Of a DNA stretch of 64,000 nucleotides, positions 1-10,301 are shown one piece after another. The stretch is taken from IMG/VR virus record IMGVR_UViG_3300027877_000005; one strand, given 5' to 3'. Position 1 is the first letter of the stretch. The number at the start of each line of letters is the position of its first letter. Below the pieces are notes generated by a model. The model did no database searches and had not been told where the DNA came from. It saw only the letters and a list, made by a program, of their open reading frames with translations. Source of the stretch: a virus. The translations under genes and the position numbers were made by a program.

Positions 1-30
1 TCCTAAAACAAAGATTTTAGGAGTTTTTTT
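1..30 (+). terminator. Possible intrinsic terminator of upstream gene
   Basis: TCCTAAAA/TTTTAGGA stem (1-8/15-22) followed by G and a T7 run; the stem is AT-rich. Confidence 0.4.
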
Positions 31-103
31 ATTTTAATAAAATCTTTATTTTATAAAGTTTACGTATTGCGTGAAGATTTACTTATATCAGTAAAATTGT
101 CTG

Positions 104-140
104 GTACCTGTACCAAATACATGAACCGGAGTACATGTAC
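104..140. repeat. Two GTAC-NN-GTAC boxes
   Basis: GTACCTGTAC at 104-113 and GTACATGTAC at 131-140; the same motif recurs at 12.6-17.3 kb. Confidence 0.8.
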
Positions 141-184
141 CTTAGCCCGGGTTCCGATATAGAGTTTTTTGGGTCAAGTCAGGG

Positions 185-213
185 TTGACAGGATACAAGT
201 ATTTTGGTATCCT
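185..213 (+). promoter_or_regulatory. sigma70/SigA-type promoter of the ligase operon
   Basis: TTGACA (185-190), 17-bp spacer, TG-G-TATCCT (208-213). Confidence 0.6.
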
Positions 214-268
214 TAATGTGGGTAAAATATTGCCTAAATTTTCTAAAAACTTTTTAGGAGAAAACTTT

Positions 269-445
269 ATGGAAAAACTTTTACGAATATCCGATATGAA
301 AGAATTTATTACATTGGGAAATAAAATGATGAAAGAATTATTCTCCAATGCAGTAAAAGATTATAAACCACCTAAACCTAAAAAATATACACATTATATA
401 ATATTTGGATGTAATCCAGATGGGAGAAAAGATTATGGAATATGA
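269..445 (+). CDS. Hypothetical protein (58 aa)
   Basis: AGGAG RBS before ATG 269; the track start (TTG 185) is the -35 box. Confidence 0.6.
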   Translation: MEKLLRISDMKEFITLGNKMMKELFSNAVKDYKPPKPKKYTHYIIFGCNPDGRKDYGI

Positions 446-2279
446 TTTTAGAGAAATTCTTGATATAGGATTAGAAATAGAATTTAGTAATCTAAAACGT
501 GAAACACCTAATTTTATAAATAATATGCAAAGAAAATTAAATAATTTTAAGCATGTACATGATGCATCAACAGAAACTCCAGAATTAGTTTTAGGTAATA
601 TTCCTATACAATTTGAAGTAAATGGTAAAACTAATAAATTATTATCAATTCTTAGGAATAGAGGATTGGAAATATATGGTGGAGAATTAAATTCACCTAT
701 TTTAGCTGCAAATGATTTTAGACAACAAATTTATAGATTAATGGATTTTCTAATTGATATGGGAGAAAGTTTTTCTACTACTGAACAAGATAATCGTGGA
801 AGTATTCATGTCCACATAAATGTTAGTAAAGATATAAAACATAAACATTTGATAAGATTACTTGAAACAGGATTAGCTACCGAAGCTATATTTTATAGAT
901 TAGGTGGCATGGGTAGAGTAAATAGAGGTGTAAAAAATTCTTTTATATATCAAAGACCTCTAACTTTACCTCCCTGTGTTAGATATGATAACACTTATTA
1001 TCCAATTTTTGATTATAAAGATTTGTTAGAAAGTAAAAATAAAACAGATTTTTATGGTAAATATGGAGATACAGTTTCTCATATACGTTCTGGAAATCAT
1101 TATGTAACACAAAGATATATGGGATTGAATTTTTATTCAATTCCTTATCGTGGAAGTATTGAGTTTAGATATGCTAATAAAGTATTAATTCCAGAATGGA
1201 TTGTTGCGTGGATTATTTTGTGCCAAAGTTTTGTAAATTATGCTTTGACTAAACCTAAAGATGAAAGTTTTGAAAATACTTATAGAAAATTAGAAGATAA
1301 TATAGATATTCCACTACATGAGGTAAAGGAAATTTTTGATAAATTTGAAATTAGTGAAGATTATCAAATTACTTTATTTGATATTTGGAAACAAACAGAT
1401 ATGCCATATTTTAATGGCAAACAGATTGTAACACATCTTCAAAATCCATCTTTTTATACTGGTAATTTTCCATATATTACTAAGCCCATAGAAAATGCTG
1501 AAAGAATTATAGTTGATGATGTTAGAACAGTAAGTACTGCTAAAAGTAATAAATTAGTAAATATTCAAATGGAAAATAAACCAGAATTAGATTATGTAAT
1601 AGATACTAATGGAGTTAAATCTAAATTAAAAGAAATGGGAATTAGAGTTGAAGAAGATTTATTTGTAAACCCTATTCAAATGAATAGAGATAATTATATA
1701 CGCAATTGGATGCGTGCAGGATTTAATATAGAAAATTATAGTAGAGAAGATGCAGATGAATATATACAACAAAGAGTTTTGAGAGAAAAGTCTATTCCTA
1801 TTTGTTTATTAGAACCTGGTATGGATTATGAATGTGATACTATTTATAATGATTTAAAGATTATATTTAATATAGATGAGCCTGATTCTAGAATTATTAA
1901 TTTATCTTTTTATGATATTCATCATGGTAATGAAAGTAGAATGATGAGAATTGAAACAGAAAGAAATGATGAATTAAATACTAGAATATTTAATCCAATA
2001 CCTTATATAAATGATTGTCATAGAAATCCTGAAACATATTTTAATCAAGAAGAAGAAGATAATCAAGAAGAAGATATAAACTTTGGAGAAGAATTTGGGG
2101 ATGCTAATCCAGATATAAATAATTTTCAGGGAAATATAAATGAATTAAGAATAGCCGCTAATAATGCCGCTAATGCTATGCATAATATTAGATGGGAAGT
2201 AGCTCAAAATAATCAATGGAATATTGTTCCTGATGATAATCAACAAAATAATAATCCAAATCAAGGAAATGGGAGATAA
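435..2279 (+). CDS. Putative amidoligase (Amidoligase_2-like, glutamine synthetase fold) with acidic and Asn/Gln-rich C-terminal extension
   Basis: Motifs GLEIEF, GELNSPIL, GSIHVHIN, RYMGLNF, GSIEFRY; GGGAGA RBS before ATG 435. Confidence 0.85.
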   Translation: MEYDFREILDIGLEIEFSNLKRETPNFINNMQRKLNNFKHVHDASTETPELVLGNIPIQFEVNGKTNKLLSILRNRGLEIYGGELNSPILAANDFRQQIYRLMDFLIDMGESFSTTEQDNRGSIHVHINVSKDIKHKHLIRLLETGLATEAIFYRLGGMGRVNRGVKNSFIYQRPLTLPPCVRYDNTYYPIFDYKDLLESKNKTDFYGKYGDTVSHIRSGNHYVTQRYMGLNFYSIPYRGSIEFRYANKVLIPEWIVAWIILCQSFVNYALTKPKDESFENTYRKLEDNIDIPLHEVKEIFDKFEISEDYQITLFDIWKQTDMPYFNGKQIVTHLQNPSFYTGNFPYITKPIENAERIIVDDVRTVSTAKSNKLVNIQMENKPELDYVIDTNGVKSKLKEMGIRVEEDLFVNPIQMNRDNYIRNWMRAGFNIENYSREDADEYIQQRVLREKSIPICLLEPGMDYECDTIYNDLKIIFNIDEPDSRIINLSFYDIHHGNESRMMRIETERNDELNTRIFNPIPYINDCHRNPETYFNQEEEDNQEEDINFGEEFGDANPDINNFQGNINELRIAANNAANAMHNIRWEVAQNNQWNIVPDDNQQNNNPNQGNGR

Positions 2280-2282
2280 ACT

Positions 2283-3461
2283 ATGTGTATAATAACTGTA
2301 GTTGATGTAAAGCCAAATATTATTGATGTTAATGATATAAGAACAATAACCATAGCAAATTCTTTACTAGGAAATCCTGATGGATTTGGATATTATTTAT
2401 TCAAGGATAAATTCTCTAAATCAAAAGAAGATGCTCTAGTTTACTGGAGAGAAAATTTTGGACAATTTAGGGAAGAAAATTCTCAAGATTTTAATGGAAT
2501 TTATCATGTAAGAAAATCATCAGTAAATTATTATTCTCAAGATAATAAACATTTATCTGATGAAAAATCTCATCCATTTATTTATAATGATATTGTAGTT
2601 GCCCATAATGGTTTTCTAAATTTTAGATATACACATATTGATTCAGATAAATATGATAAACTTTTTATTGGAGATTTAATTGATAGTCAAAAGTTTGCCA
2701 TAGTTTTATCTAGCATGTGCCATAAAGGACATGTTACATTTGAAAATATAAAAAATGCTTTGAATATGTTTGGTGGTGCCTATGCTTTAGCAATTAAAGG
2801 TAAACTAGATAATTATATGTGGTTAGTTAGAGGTAAAGATAGGACACTAGTTCAAATGAATATTTATGATGGTAAAAATATTGTAGGAAATATTATAAAT
2901 ACTACTTCATTTAGTCAATTATTAATTGGAGAAAATTTATTAGATTATGATTACGACTATGATTTGAAAGAATTGAAAGAAAATACTGCTTATAAATATG
3001 ATTTAGGAAGTTATAAATTATTAGAAGTTGGTGAAATAAAACAAGATAGTTCTTATACTGCTAAACCTACTACAACAGTAGTTTATGATAGAGGTTATAG
3101 TAGAGAAGATAGAACAGTATATGAAGATATACTAACTTTAATGTATAAAATGGGATTAGTAATTTCTGATTTAGTAATTCTTTCAGAAATTATATTTGGA
3201 AAGCCTGTATTCATTCTTGATAAACAAGAATTTGATGGATTTAAGGTTATACTTACTAAACTAAATGAAGAAGCTAATCATCATGGTAGAATACAGATAT
3301 GGAGTGAAATTATAAAAGAAAGAAAAGAAAGTGTATATAAATTATATAATGATGAGAAAATTCAATATCCTTATTTTATGAATTCAAAAAATGAGCTAAA
3401 AGATATTTTTAGAAAAACTAAACGGGAGAGAAATGCTAATGAATTACTTACTGTACAATAA
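2283..3461 (+). CDS. Class II (Ntn) glutamine amidotransferase
   Basis: N-terminal MC nucleophile, NPDGFG, HVRKSS, SHPF, AHNGFL, DS motifs. Confidence 0.85.
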   Translation: MCIITVVDVKPNIIDVNDIRTITIANSLLGNPDGFGYYLFKDKFSKSKEDALVYWRENFGQFREENSQDFNGIYHVRKSSVNYYSQDNKHLSDEKSHPFIYNDIVVAHNGFLNFRYTHIDSDKYDKLFIGDLIDSQKFAIVLSSMCHKGHVTFENIKNALNMFGGAYALAIKGKLDNYMWLVRGKDRTLVQMNIYDGKNIVGNIINTTSFSQLLIGENLLDYDYDYDLKELKENTAYKYDLGSYKLLEVGEIKQDSSYTAKPTTTVVYDRGYSREDRTVYEDILTLMYKMGLVISDLVILSEIIFGKPVFILDKQEFDGFKVILTKLNEEANHHGRIQIWSEIIKERKESVYKLYNDEKIQYPYFMNSKNELKDIFRKTKRERNANELLTVQ

Positions 3462-4176
3462 AGGAAGTTATCTTAGTGCTAGACTTTTAGCTACATTATT
3501 AGGATTAAAACCAATATCTAGTCCTGAAAAAATAATTAATGGTAAAGTTAGTGTAAGATATGGAAACTCATCAGGAAACTTTTCTGAAGATACTTTGATA
3601 AACTCACCTGATGTAATAAAATTATGTAGTGATAGTTTAAGATTTTCTCAATGGTGTTTAGAGAATGGATTTAATAGTCCAATATTTGAATTATATAATC
3701 CAGATAAAAATGATTATGAGTATCCATTCTTGCTAAGGAAAAAGTATCATAAACAAGGTGATGATATAATTTTAGTAGATAATCCTGATAAAATAAAGGA
3801 AGCAGATAGTCTTGAAAAAAGATTTCATGTTCCTTTTGTTGAAACAGATTATGAATTAGGAATACATTTAGTAAATAGGAAAGTGATAAAGATTTTCAAG
3901 AAAGTTTCTAATAGTGAAAGTAGTGGATTTATTAGAAATCAAAAGAGAGGTTATCACTTTCATATTATAAATGATATAGATAATAATTTCAAGACAGCAC
4001 AAGATATTTGTCAAAGTTTATTTGAAAAAATGGGCTTAAATTTTGGAAGAGTAGATATCGCATATAATATAAAGAGTAAAAGATATATTATATGGGAAGT
4101 TAATACTGCACCAGGACTAAATCAATTAACCTCAGAAATTTATGCCCAAATTCTGAGGGAATTAATTTATGTTTAG
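3433..4176 (+). CDS. ATP-grasp ligase (phiEco32/RimK-like)
   Basis: YPFLLRK, FGRVDIA and WEVNTAPGL ATP-grasp C-terminal motifs. Confidence 0.85.
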   Translation: MLMNYLLYNKGSYLSARLLATLLGLKPISSPEKIINGKVSVRYGNSSGNFSEDTLINSPDVIKLCSDSLRFSQWCLENGFNSPIFELYNPDKNDYEYPFLLRKKYHKQGDDIILVDNPDKIKEADSLEKRFHVPFVETDYELGIHLVNRKVIKIFKKVSNSESSGFIRNQKRGYHFHIINDIDNNFKTAQDICQSLFEKMGLNFGRVDIAYNIKSKRYIIWEVNTAPGLNQLTSEIYAQILRELIYV

Positions 4177-4969
4177 AAACTTTATAGGACAAAAGAAGAT
4201 TATATTGGAATTAGAATCAATTTCTATAAAATTGAAAAATAATTTTGAAGGAGTAAATATTTTATTAAGAGGACAAGCTGGTTGTGGAAAAACTTTACTA
4301 GCAAAAAGTTTTCTAAATAATTTAGGTGAATATGTTTTTCAACTACCAAATAGAAACTCTAAATATGAATTACTTTGGAATAATAAAATTGCTGAATATA
4401 AATTTCATTTTGTAGATGAAATACATACTATATCACATATGGAAGTTTTATATCCAATAATGGATAGTAAAAAATATGTATTTGTATTTGCTAGTAATGA
4501 ATATGGAGATTTGCCAGATGCTTTTTTATCAAGAAATTTTGTATATTTCTTTGCTGAATATAGTTCTGAAGAAATTTCTAATATAGTTGTAGAATATGCT
4601 AAATCTAAAAATATTTTCTTGGAAGTAACTCTAGCAGATTTATTTGCTAAATATTCTAGAAACAATCCTAGAATAGTAAAGAATTTGTTTGATAGAGTTT
4701 TATTTATAATTAACAGGGGATATTACAAACTAAATTCTAGAGGAATATTATCTGCTCTAAATGATATTGGAATATATGATGGTGGATATACTGATTTAGA
4801 TATGAATTATCTACAAACTATAAAGAATTTAGGTGTAGCAAGTATTGACAGTATTTGTAGGATAATGAAAATTGATAAAAATACTATAGCAAATGAAATT
4901 GAGCCATTCTTAATATCTAAAGGACATATAGTAATAAGTCCTAGAGGGAGAAAGTTTATCAAATGGTAA
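4169..4969 (+). CDS. ruvB: RuvB-like AAA+ ATPase with C-terminal winged helix
   Basis: Walker A GQAGCGKT, Walker B FVDEIH, EVLYPIMD, SRNNPRI, C-terminal IEPFLISKGHIVISPRGRK typical of RuvB. Confidence 0.8.
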   Translation: MFRNFIGQKKIILELESISIKLKNNFEGVNILLRGQAGCGKTLLAKSFLNNLGEYVFQLPNRNSKYELLWNNKIAEYKFHFVDEIHTISHMEVLYPIMDSKKYVFVFASNEYGDLPDAFLSRNFVYFFAEYSSEEISNIVVEYAKSKNIFLEVTLADLFAKYSRNNPRIVKNLFDRVLFIINRGYYKLNSRGILSALNDIGIYDGGYTDLDMNYLQTIKNLGVASIDSICRIMKIDKNTIANEIEPFLISKGHIVISPRGRKFIKW

Positions 4970-6267
4970 CTCTTGTAAAAGATAACACAACAGTTGAATT
5001 AAATTCTTTAACATATTCATTAAAATCAAGAATAAGTGGATACTTAGCAGATGATATAGATAGAAGTCAAATGAGGCTTTGGATATTACTTAATACAAAA
5101 TCTGTATTTGCAATAACTATCTCTAAAACTTTAATGGGGAGTATGTGCATTAAAGTTGAAATGGATAGTAAGACAACATTAAAAGAACATGAAGTTAGTT
5201 TAGAAAAAATATATGAAAATGTAACTAATTTTCTTGCAGAATATCCTGATGTAAAGAAAGTTTTACTAGATGGAGAATATAAAGTATTTGCTATATGTAA
5301 CGATGCTAATGATTTTGTTCCCTATAAATTATCAGAAAGAAAGTTAGTAGAAGTAAATATAAATAATGTTTACCCTTTAGTTGATTCTATACAAAAAGTA
5401 GATGATGATTATTTTATATGTGCTTTTCCTGATATTCTCTTTTCAGTAGATAAATATACAACATTAAATCTGATTTGTATATTGGTAAAATATTATGTAG
5501 AAACTAGATTTCCAGTAATTGATAAAAATAGATTAGAAGATAAACAAATAATTAGTTTACCATCATTTACATTATGGGTTTATCATATAAAATCTTTATT
5601 GAAAGCTACTTGTAGCACAACTTATTCAGTAAAGAATTATTATGATAATATGAGTAAAATGAATATGTTAGCACATGTTCCAGCTAATAATTGGTGGATA
5701 GAAGAAAGTACACTAAAATTAGATACAAAAAGATTAATGGATTTTATTGCTAAGAAAGAAAGTAATATTATAGTAGTTAAAGATGATATTGATATGAAAG
5801 ATAATCCTGAAAAAGTAGATGAAATAGAAGAAATTGTAACACCTTATATTCCAGAATATTTCTCCCATGCTTTTATGGATGATGATTTACAAATAATGGA
5901 ATGGAGAGATTTTTTAGACGAATTCAATCGTTATGAAAGTAGTTATAAACAGTTTGATAGATATAATTTTGACATATTTGTTTCATCTATTATTATAGTT
6001 CCTACTGAAAATATTGGTAGTGTAGATAAGAACGATATAATCTTTTTAGGATTTGATGGTGGTAAATTTTATCTAACAATTAATTCTAAAGAAGAAGGTA
6101 AAGCTTTAACTTCTAATGAGGTAAACTTGAAAAATACTTTACAGGGATACTTTTGGAGAAAGTTTGGCTATGAAGTAGAAACAGTATTTGAAACTATGAC
6201 AGAAGATGATACTAAAAATTGTAATGTAAATTTATCATTCTTTCAAGATGGGTATATAGGAGAATAA
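4963..6267 (+). CDS. Hypothetical protein (434 aa)
   Basis: Long ORF overlapping the ruvB stop, in operon; no family recognised. Confidence 0.8.
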   Translation: MVTLVKDNTTVELNSLTYSLKSRISGYLADDIDRSQMRLWILLNTKSVFAITISKTLMGSMCIKVEMDSKTTLKEHEVSLEKIYENVTNFLAEYPDVKKVLLDGEYKVFAICNDANDFVPYKLSERKLVEVNINNVYPLVDSIQKVDDDYFICAFPDILFSVDKYTTLNLICILVKYYVETRFPVIDKNRLEDKQIISLPSFTLWVYHIKSLLKATCSTTYSVKNYYDNMSKMNMLAHVPANNWWIEESTLKLDTKRLMDFIAKKESNIIVVKDDIDMKDNPEKVDEIEEIVTPYIPEYFSHAFMDDDLQIMEWRDFLDEFNRYESSYKQFDRYNFDIFVSSIIIVPTENIGSVDKNDIIFLGFDGGKFYLTINSKEEGKALTSNEVNLKNTLQGYFWRKFGYEVETVFETMTEDDTKNCNVNLSFFQDGYIGE

Positions 6268-6268
6268 A

Positions 6269-6694
6269 ATGTTTTACTGCCCAAAGTGTGAATGTAAAGT
6301 ATATCCCGAAGTATCTATAAAGAATATTCAATCTGATTATTCTGTAAACTTATTTACTAACTGTGTAAATTTAGCTTTATGTGCTCTAGGAAATTTTCAA
6401 AATTTAGAGGTCACAGGATATAGATGTCCTCATTGTGGTAAAATATTTGAGCAAACTAGTTTATATATGAGAAGTCAAATTAGTAGTAAGATTGATAAAA
6501 TGGAAAAGTTTTTAATAGTTTCTGTAAAAAATAAGAAAGAGGAATATATAGATAATCATTTAGTTTTAGTAATTCCTCCAAGAATTATTCATGAAAGTGA
6601 ATTAGATTATTATAAAACATTCAATCCTTATAATGATGACAAGTATCTTATTATTAATAGACTAAATAAAATTACAGTTACTACTCCAAAATAA
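6269..6694 (+). CDS. Zinc-ribbon protein
   Basis: CPKC near the N-terminus and CPHC pair. Confidence 0.7.
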   Translation: MFYCPKCECKVYPEVSIKNIQSDYSVNLFTNCVNLALCALGNFQNLEVTGYRCPHCGKIFEQTSLYMRSQISSKIDKMEKFLIVSVKNKKEEYIDNHLVLVIPPRIIHESELDYYKTFNPYNDDKYLIINRLNKITVTTPK

Positions 6695-6704
6695 GAGGTG
6701 AAAA

Positions 6705-7700
6705 ATGGAACAACAAAGATTTTATGGAAGTGACCCCGAATACTTTATTTATATGAAAAAGAAGGAAACAGATTTTGGAACAATTCCTTTAATAGTTCCT
6801 CCAGCAGCTTTATTTGCAGATATGGGTGTAAAGTTTACCACATCTCCAAATGGTAAAAGAGTTTTGTTAGAAGAAGCTGATTATAGATTTATTGAAGATG
6901 GTGCAGCTCTAGAATTAAATTTCAAAAGACCATTGGCTAATTCTCAGGATATAAATAATATTTTATATAGTGCTTTAGATAATATTGATTATAAATTACG
7001 TCACATTAATTATGAATTGAAGATATCCAAAGATGTACTGGGATATTTTAGTGTAATTAAATACTGGAAAAATAGAGATAAATCTTTTACTGATTGTGTT
7101 AGATTTGGATGTGACCCAGACCAATTTCCTGAACTTTATATTATAAATGGTTTTGAAGAAGAAAATTGTAAAATAATTGATGCTTCAAAACATAATTATA
7201 GATATGCTGGTGGACATTTACATGTACAAAATATGTCTAAAGATAGTGATGTATATTATAGATATATGGAATTAGCACCAATTGTATTTGATTTTATTGT
7301 AGGAACAACTAATATTTTATTTCAAAGAGATAATAAAATTTTGACTCAAGAAAAAGCACGTCTAATATATTATGGAAGACCCGGCAGAATTCGTTTACAA
7401 AAATATTCTGATACAGTAAATGGTATAGAATATAGACCTCCAAGTAATCAATGGATAAATAATGGATATAATGTAAATTCAATGTTATATTCTGCTGATA
7501 TTGCAGCATCAATCATTGAAGATAATGGTGCACCTAAATTCTTTTCAGCATTTCAAGATAGAGTATTTGATATGTGGAAAGCATTAACAAATCATGATAG
7601 AGCAAAATCTAAAAATCTTCTTTTAGATAGTTTATCATGGGCATTAGATAATCACTATATTACTATCTTTCAATTGGAGAAAATCTATGGACAACTTTAA
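6705..7700 (+). CDS. phiEco32-like COOH-NH2 ligase type 2
   Basis: YGSDPEYF, EDGAALELN, FGCDPD, RYAGGHLH, YYGRPGRIR, GIEYRPPSN. Confidence 0.88.
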   Translation: MEQQRFYGSDPEYFIYMKKKETDFGTIPLIVPPAALFADMGVKFTTSPNGKRVLLEEADYRFIEDGAALELNFKRPLANSQDINNILYSALDNIDYKLRHINYELKISKDVLGYFSVIKYWKNRDKSFTDCVRFGCDPDQFPELYIINGFEEENCKIIDASKHNYRYAGGHLHVQNMSKDSDVYYRYMELAPIVFDFIVGTTNILFQRDNKILTQEKARLIYYGRPGRIRLQKYSDTVNGIEYRPPSNQWINNGYNVNSMLYSADIAASIIEDNGAPKFFSAFQDRVFDMWKALTNHDRAKSKNLLLDSLSWALDNHYITIFQLEKIYGQL

Positions 7701-8499
7701 TGATTATTTAAAACATAATAATGAAATTTTATCAAGTTTATCTTCAATTGCTTATGACGGACATGTTGGCAGTAGTTCTGTTGTATTTAGTTTTGATTAT
7801 AAACCTATTATTACAGATGTTTGTTTCGCTAGAATGTACAGTCAAATAAAAGAAGCAAAATATAAAAGAGAATTTTCATCTAATTATATTATGAGAATGC
7901 CTTATCTAAAAGAAGATAAAGATGAAACTTTACATGCAAATTATGTAGATTATCCTACATTCTTTAAGAATTTACAAGAATTAATGGAAGATACTTATAA
8001 GATAACTGTATATGATACTGATTATAGAAATATAAAGTTTGTATCAATGGAAAGTAAAATTGAATTACCTTTAGATTTAAATTATTGTTTAACCTTAGTA
8101 TTATATACAATGATTAGGGGTATAGAAGGAGAGAATAATTATTCTTTGAGAAAACGTTTTAGTAAAACAATTTTACTAAGTGGAGATATCAAAGAATATT
8201 TATATACAACTTCTAAAGAAAATAGGGGTTCACATCATAATGTAAGTGATTCTTTAGATAAAATAGCTAACCATAATAATTTACCAGAAGAATTCAAAGA
8301 GAAAATTTTTGAAAATTATGTTAAAACATTAAAGATAACCTTTGGTAAAGATGGATTAATTCATAATCCTGAATACATAAAGTATTTTGAAGGATTTTTT
8401 GATAAAAAACCTAATGGATATGGTAATGCTATGCAAACTAAATCATTTGATTATATAAATCTAACCACAAATAGAATTATACGGGAGAGTTTACAATGA
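7687..8499 (+). CDS. Hypothetical protein (270 aa)
   Basis: Coupled ORF between the ligase and the glutaminase. Confidence 0.75.
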   Translation: MDNFNDYLKHNNEILSSLSSIAYDGHVGSSSVVFSFDYKPIITDVCFARMYSQIKEAKYKREFSSNYIMRMPYLKEDKDETLHANYVDYPTFFKNLQELMEDTYKITVYDTDYRNIKFVSMESKIELPLDLNYCLTLVLYTMIRGIEGENNYSLRKRFSKTILLSGDIKEYLYTTSKENRGSHHNVSDSLDKIANHNNLPEEFKEKIFENYVKTLKITFGKDGLIHNPEYIKYFEGFFDKKPNGYGNAMQTKSFDYINLTTNRIIRESLQ

Positions 8500-9134
8500 T
8501 TAATATTGGAGTTTCTAAGATGGGAATGAACCCACCTTCATTTTATAATAGATTATTGAACTCAGCATTTAAGAGTATAAATATTAATACAAATGAATGT
8601 GCTGTAGAATATGTAAACTTTGATAGTCCATATGATTATATTCTATTTGATGGTGGAAGTGATGTTTCACCTGAATTTTATGGAGAAGAAAATATACATT
8701 CTTATATTGATAAACTTAGAGATGATTATGAAAAGAGTATATTTGAACATTATAAAGATACTACAACAAAATTTACAGGAATTTGTAGAGGACATCAATT
8801 TCTAAATGTAATGTATGGAGGAACTTTAATACAAAATCTTGGAAGTTGTTTATTATCTCATCCTGCTTATCATTATATTAGAGTAAGTGGAATGATAGAA
8901 AATAGTTTTAAGAATATTTTACCAAGAATGACTGAAGTAAATTCCATGCATCATCAAGCTGTAAATAAATTAGCAAAAAATTTATATGCAATTGCTTTTG
9001 AGCCTCATACTTCTATCATAGAAGTTTATGGTGAAATGGATGATAAAGTAAGAGCAGTACAATTTCATCCAGAATTTGCTAATTCATTTCCTTATACTAA
9101 AGAAATTTTAGCATGGTTGTTTAGGATTTTATAA
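8496..9134 (+). CDS. Peptidase C26 / class I glutamine amidotransferase (PuuD-like gamma-glutamyl hydrolase)
   Basis: DGGSDVSPEFYGE, GICRGHQFLNV (catalytic Cys), VNSMHHQAV, VQFHPE (His-x-Glu). Confidence 0.9.
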   Translation: MINIGVSKMGMNPPSFYNRLLNSAFKSININTNECAVEYVNFDSPYDYILFDGGSDVSPEFYGEENIHSYIDKLRDDYEKSIFEHYKDTTTKFTGICRGHQFLNVMYGGTLIQNLGSCLLSHPAYHYIRVSGMIENSFKNILPRMTEVNSMHHQAVNKLAKNLYAIAFEPHTSIIEVYGEMDDKVRAVQFHPEFANSFPYTKEILAWLFRIL

Positions 9135-9199
9135 TAATAAATCGTGAGGTAAGTTAGACAAATGAATACATATTAAATATTTTCTTATCGGAGGTTAAT

Positions 9200-9499
9200 A
9201 TGAAACATACTAATAAACGTTTGGAGGAAAGATTTAATATAACAATTGATAGGAAAACATTAAAGAAATTAAATGCCAATATACAAGATATAGATAATTC
9301 TATTCCTTGCATGTTTATAAAAAGGAAGAGTAATAGATTATCTGAATGGTTAATCTTAGTAAATAATAGGTGGACAATTTGTTACTATGATAAGAATAAA
9401 AATAGTATTGTCACCTTTATTGATAATAGTATCCTTGAAAAGTTTGAATTAATAGAAAGGTGTATGGAATTATGGAAAGTAAAAACAAGCCATGTTTAG
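9200..9499 (+). CDS. Hypothetical protein
   Basis: GGAGG RBS, 99-aa ORF. Confidence 0.7.
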   Translation: MKHTNKRLEERFNITIDRKTLKKLNANIQDIDNSIPCMFIKRKSNRLSEWLILVNNRWTICYYDKNKNSIVTFIDNSILEKFELIERCMELWKVKTSHV

Positions 9500-9825
9500 T
9501 CTTACAATATAATCCTACTAATGATGAAGTTATAGGAATTGAATTAACTACTACTTATAATTATTGGGAAAAAGAAGCATTTATAGATATGAATAAAAGA
9601 CAATTATTCCCATGTAAAGTAGACGGAATAAAGTATAAAGATTACAGTACATGGTTTAATAATATAAGAATGTGTCCAATTTCTGATGAAATATTAAAGA
9701 AAATAGAAAGTATAAAAAGTTCATTGAATAGTTTATCTCACTTTACTTCTGCACCGGGAAGTTCTTTTGGCAATAGTGTTTATAAAATTAATTTTCCTAA
9801 AGTTTTTTACCCAGGTTATGACTAA
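9460..9825 (+). CDS. Hypothetical protein
   Basis: 121-aa ORF in operon; start uncertain. Confidence 0.65.
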   Translation: MYGIMESKNKPCLVLQYNPTNDEVIGIELTTTYNYWEKEAFIDMNKRQLFPCKVDGIKYKDYSTWFNNIRMCPISDEILKKIESIKSSLNSLSHFTSAPGSSFGNSVYKINFPKVFYPGYD

Positions 9826-9840
9826 ATTTTGGAGGACAAA

Positions 9841-10236
9841 ATGATTGAATTCGAAAAAGCTGGTAAAATTTACCAAATTACATTCTATTTTCCTGATAAA
9901 CATAGTGAATTATATCGGCGGTATACTCATGCCAAATTATCTATCAAAATTATAAATGAAGAAAATCCTAACGATTATGCTTGGGAAACTATTGATGAAA
10001 CATTTGCTAAATGTAATATTTATTGTGATGAATTTAATAAAAATAGGGGTAGGTTTCAGGCTCTAACTAATCTATCTAATAGTGTTTTGTTTAGGGATAT
10101 GTTCAATAAATATGATAGGAAAATGATTTGGGAAAAATACTTTGAAAAGTATGGATATCCCCCAAAGAATAAAGCAATTTCCTATGAAAGATTAGTATAT
10201 CTTCTAACCCATAGAAAACATAGTCGTAAAGATTAG
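9841..10236 (+). CDS. Hypothetical protein
   Basis: GGAGG RBS before ATG 9841. Confidence 0.7.
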   Translation: MIEFEKAGKIYQITFYFPDKHSELYRRYTHAKLSIKIINEENPNDYAWETIDETFAKCNIYCDEFNKNRGRFQALTNLSNSVLFRDMFNKYDRKMIWEKYFEKYGYPPKNKAISYERLVYLLTHRKHSRKD

Positions 10237-10242
10237 TTAGAT

Positions 10243-10279
10243 AAAAAAGACTGCCCATAGTTTATTCTATGGGCAGTCT
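10243..10279 (-). terminator. 13-bp perfect hairpin with U-tract on the minus strand
   Basis: AGACTGCCCATAG-TTTATT-CTATGGGCAGTCT preceded by A6 on +. Confidence 0.55.
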
Positions 10280-10301
10280 ATCCCAAACTTTGGAGGAAAC
10301 A

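Noticed and set aside
142-348. Minus-strand ORF 142-348 and other antisense ORFs in the + operon (4405, 7309, 10514, 12242)
   Set aside because: They are shadows of AT-rich sense genes or intergenic DNA, with no RBS and no recognisable motifs
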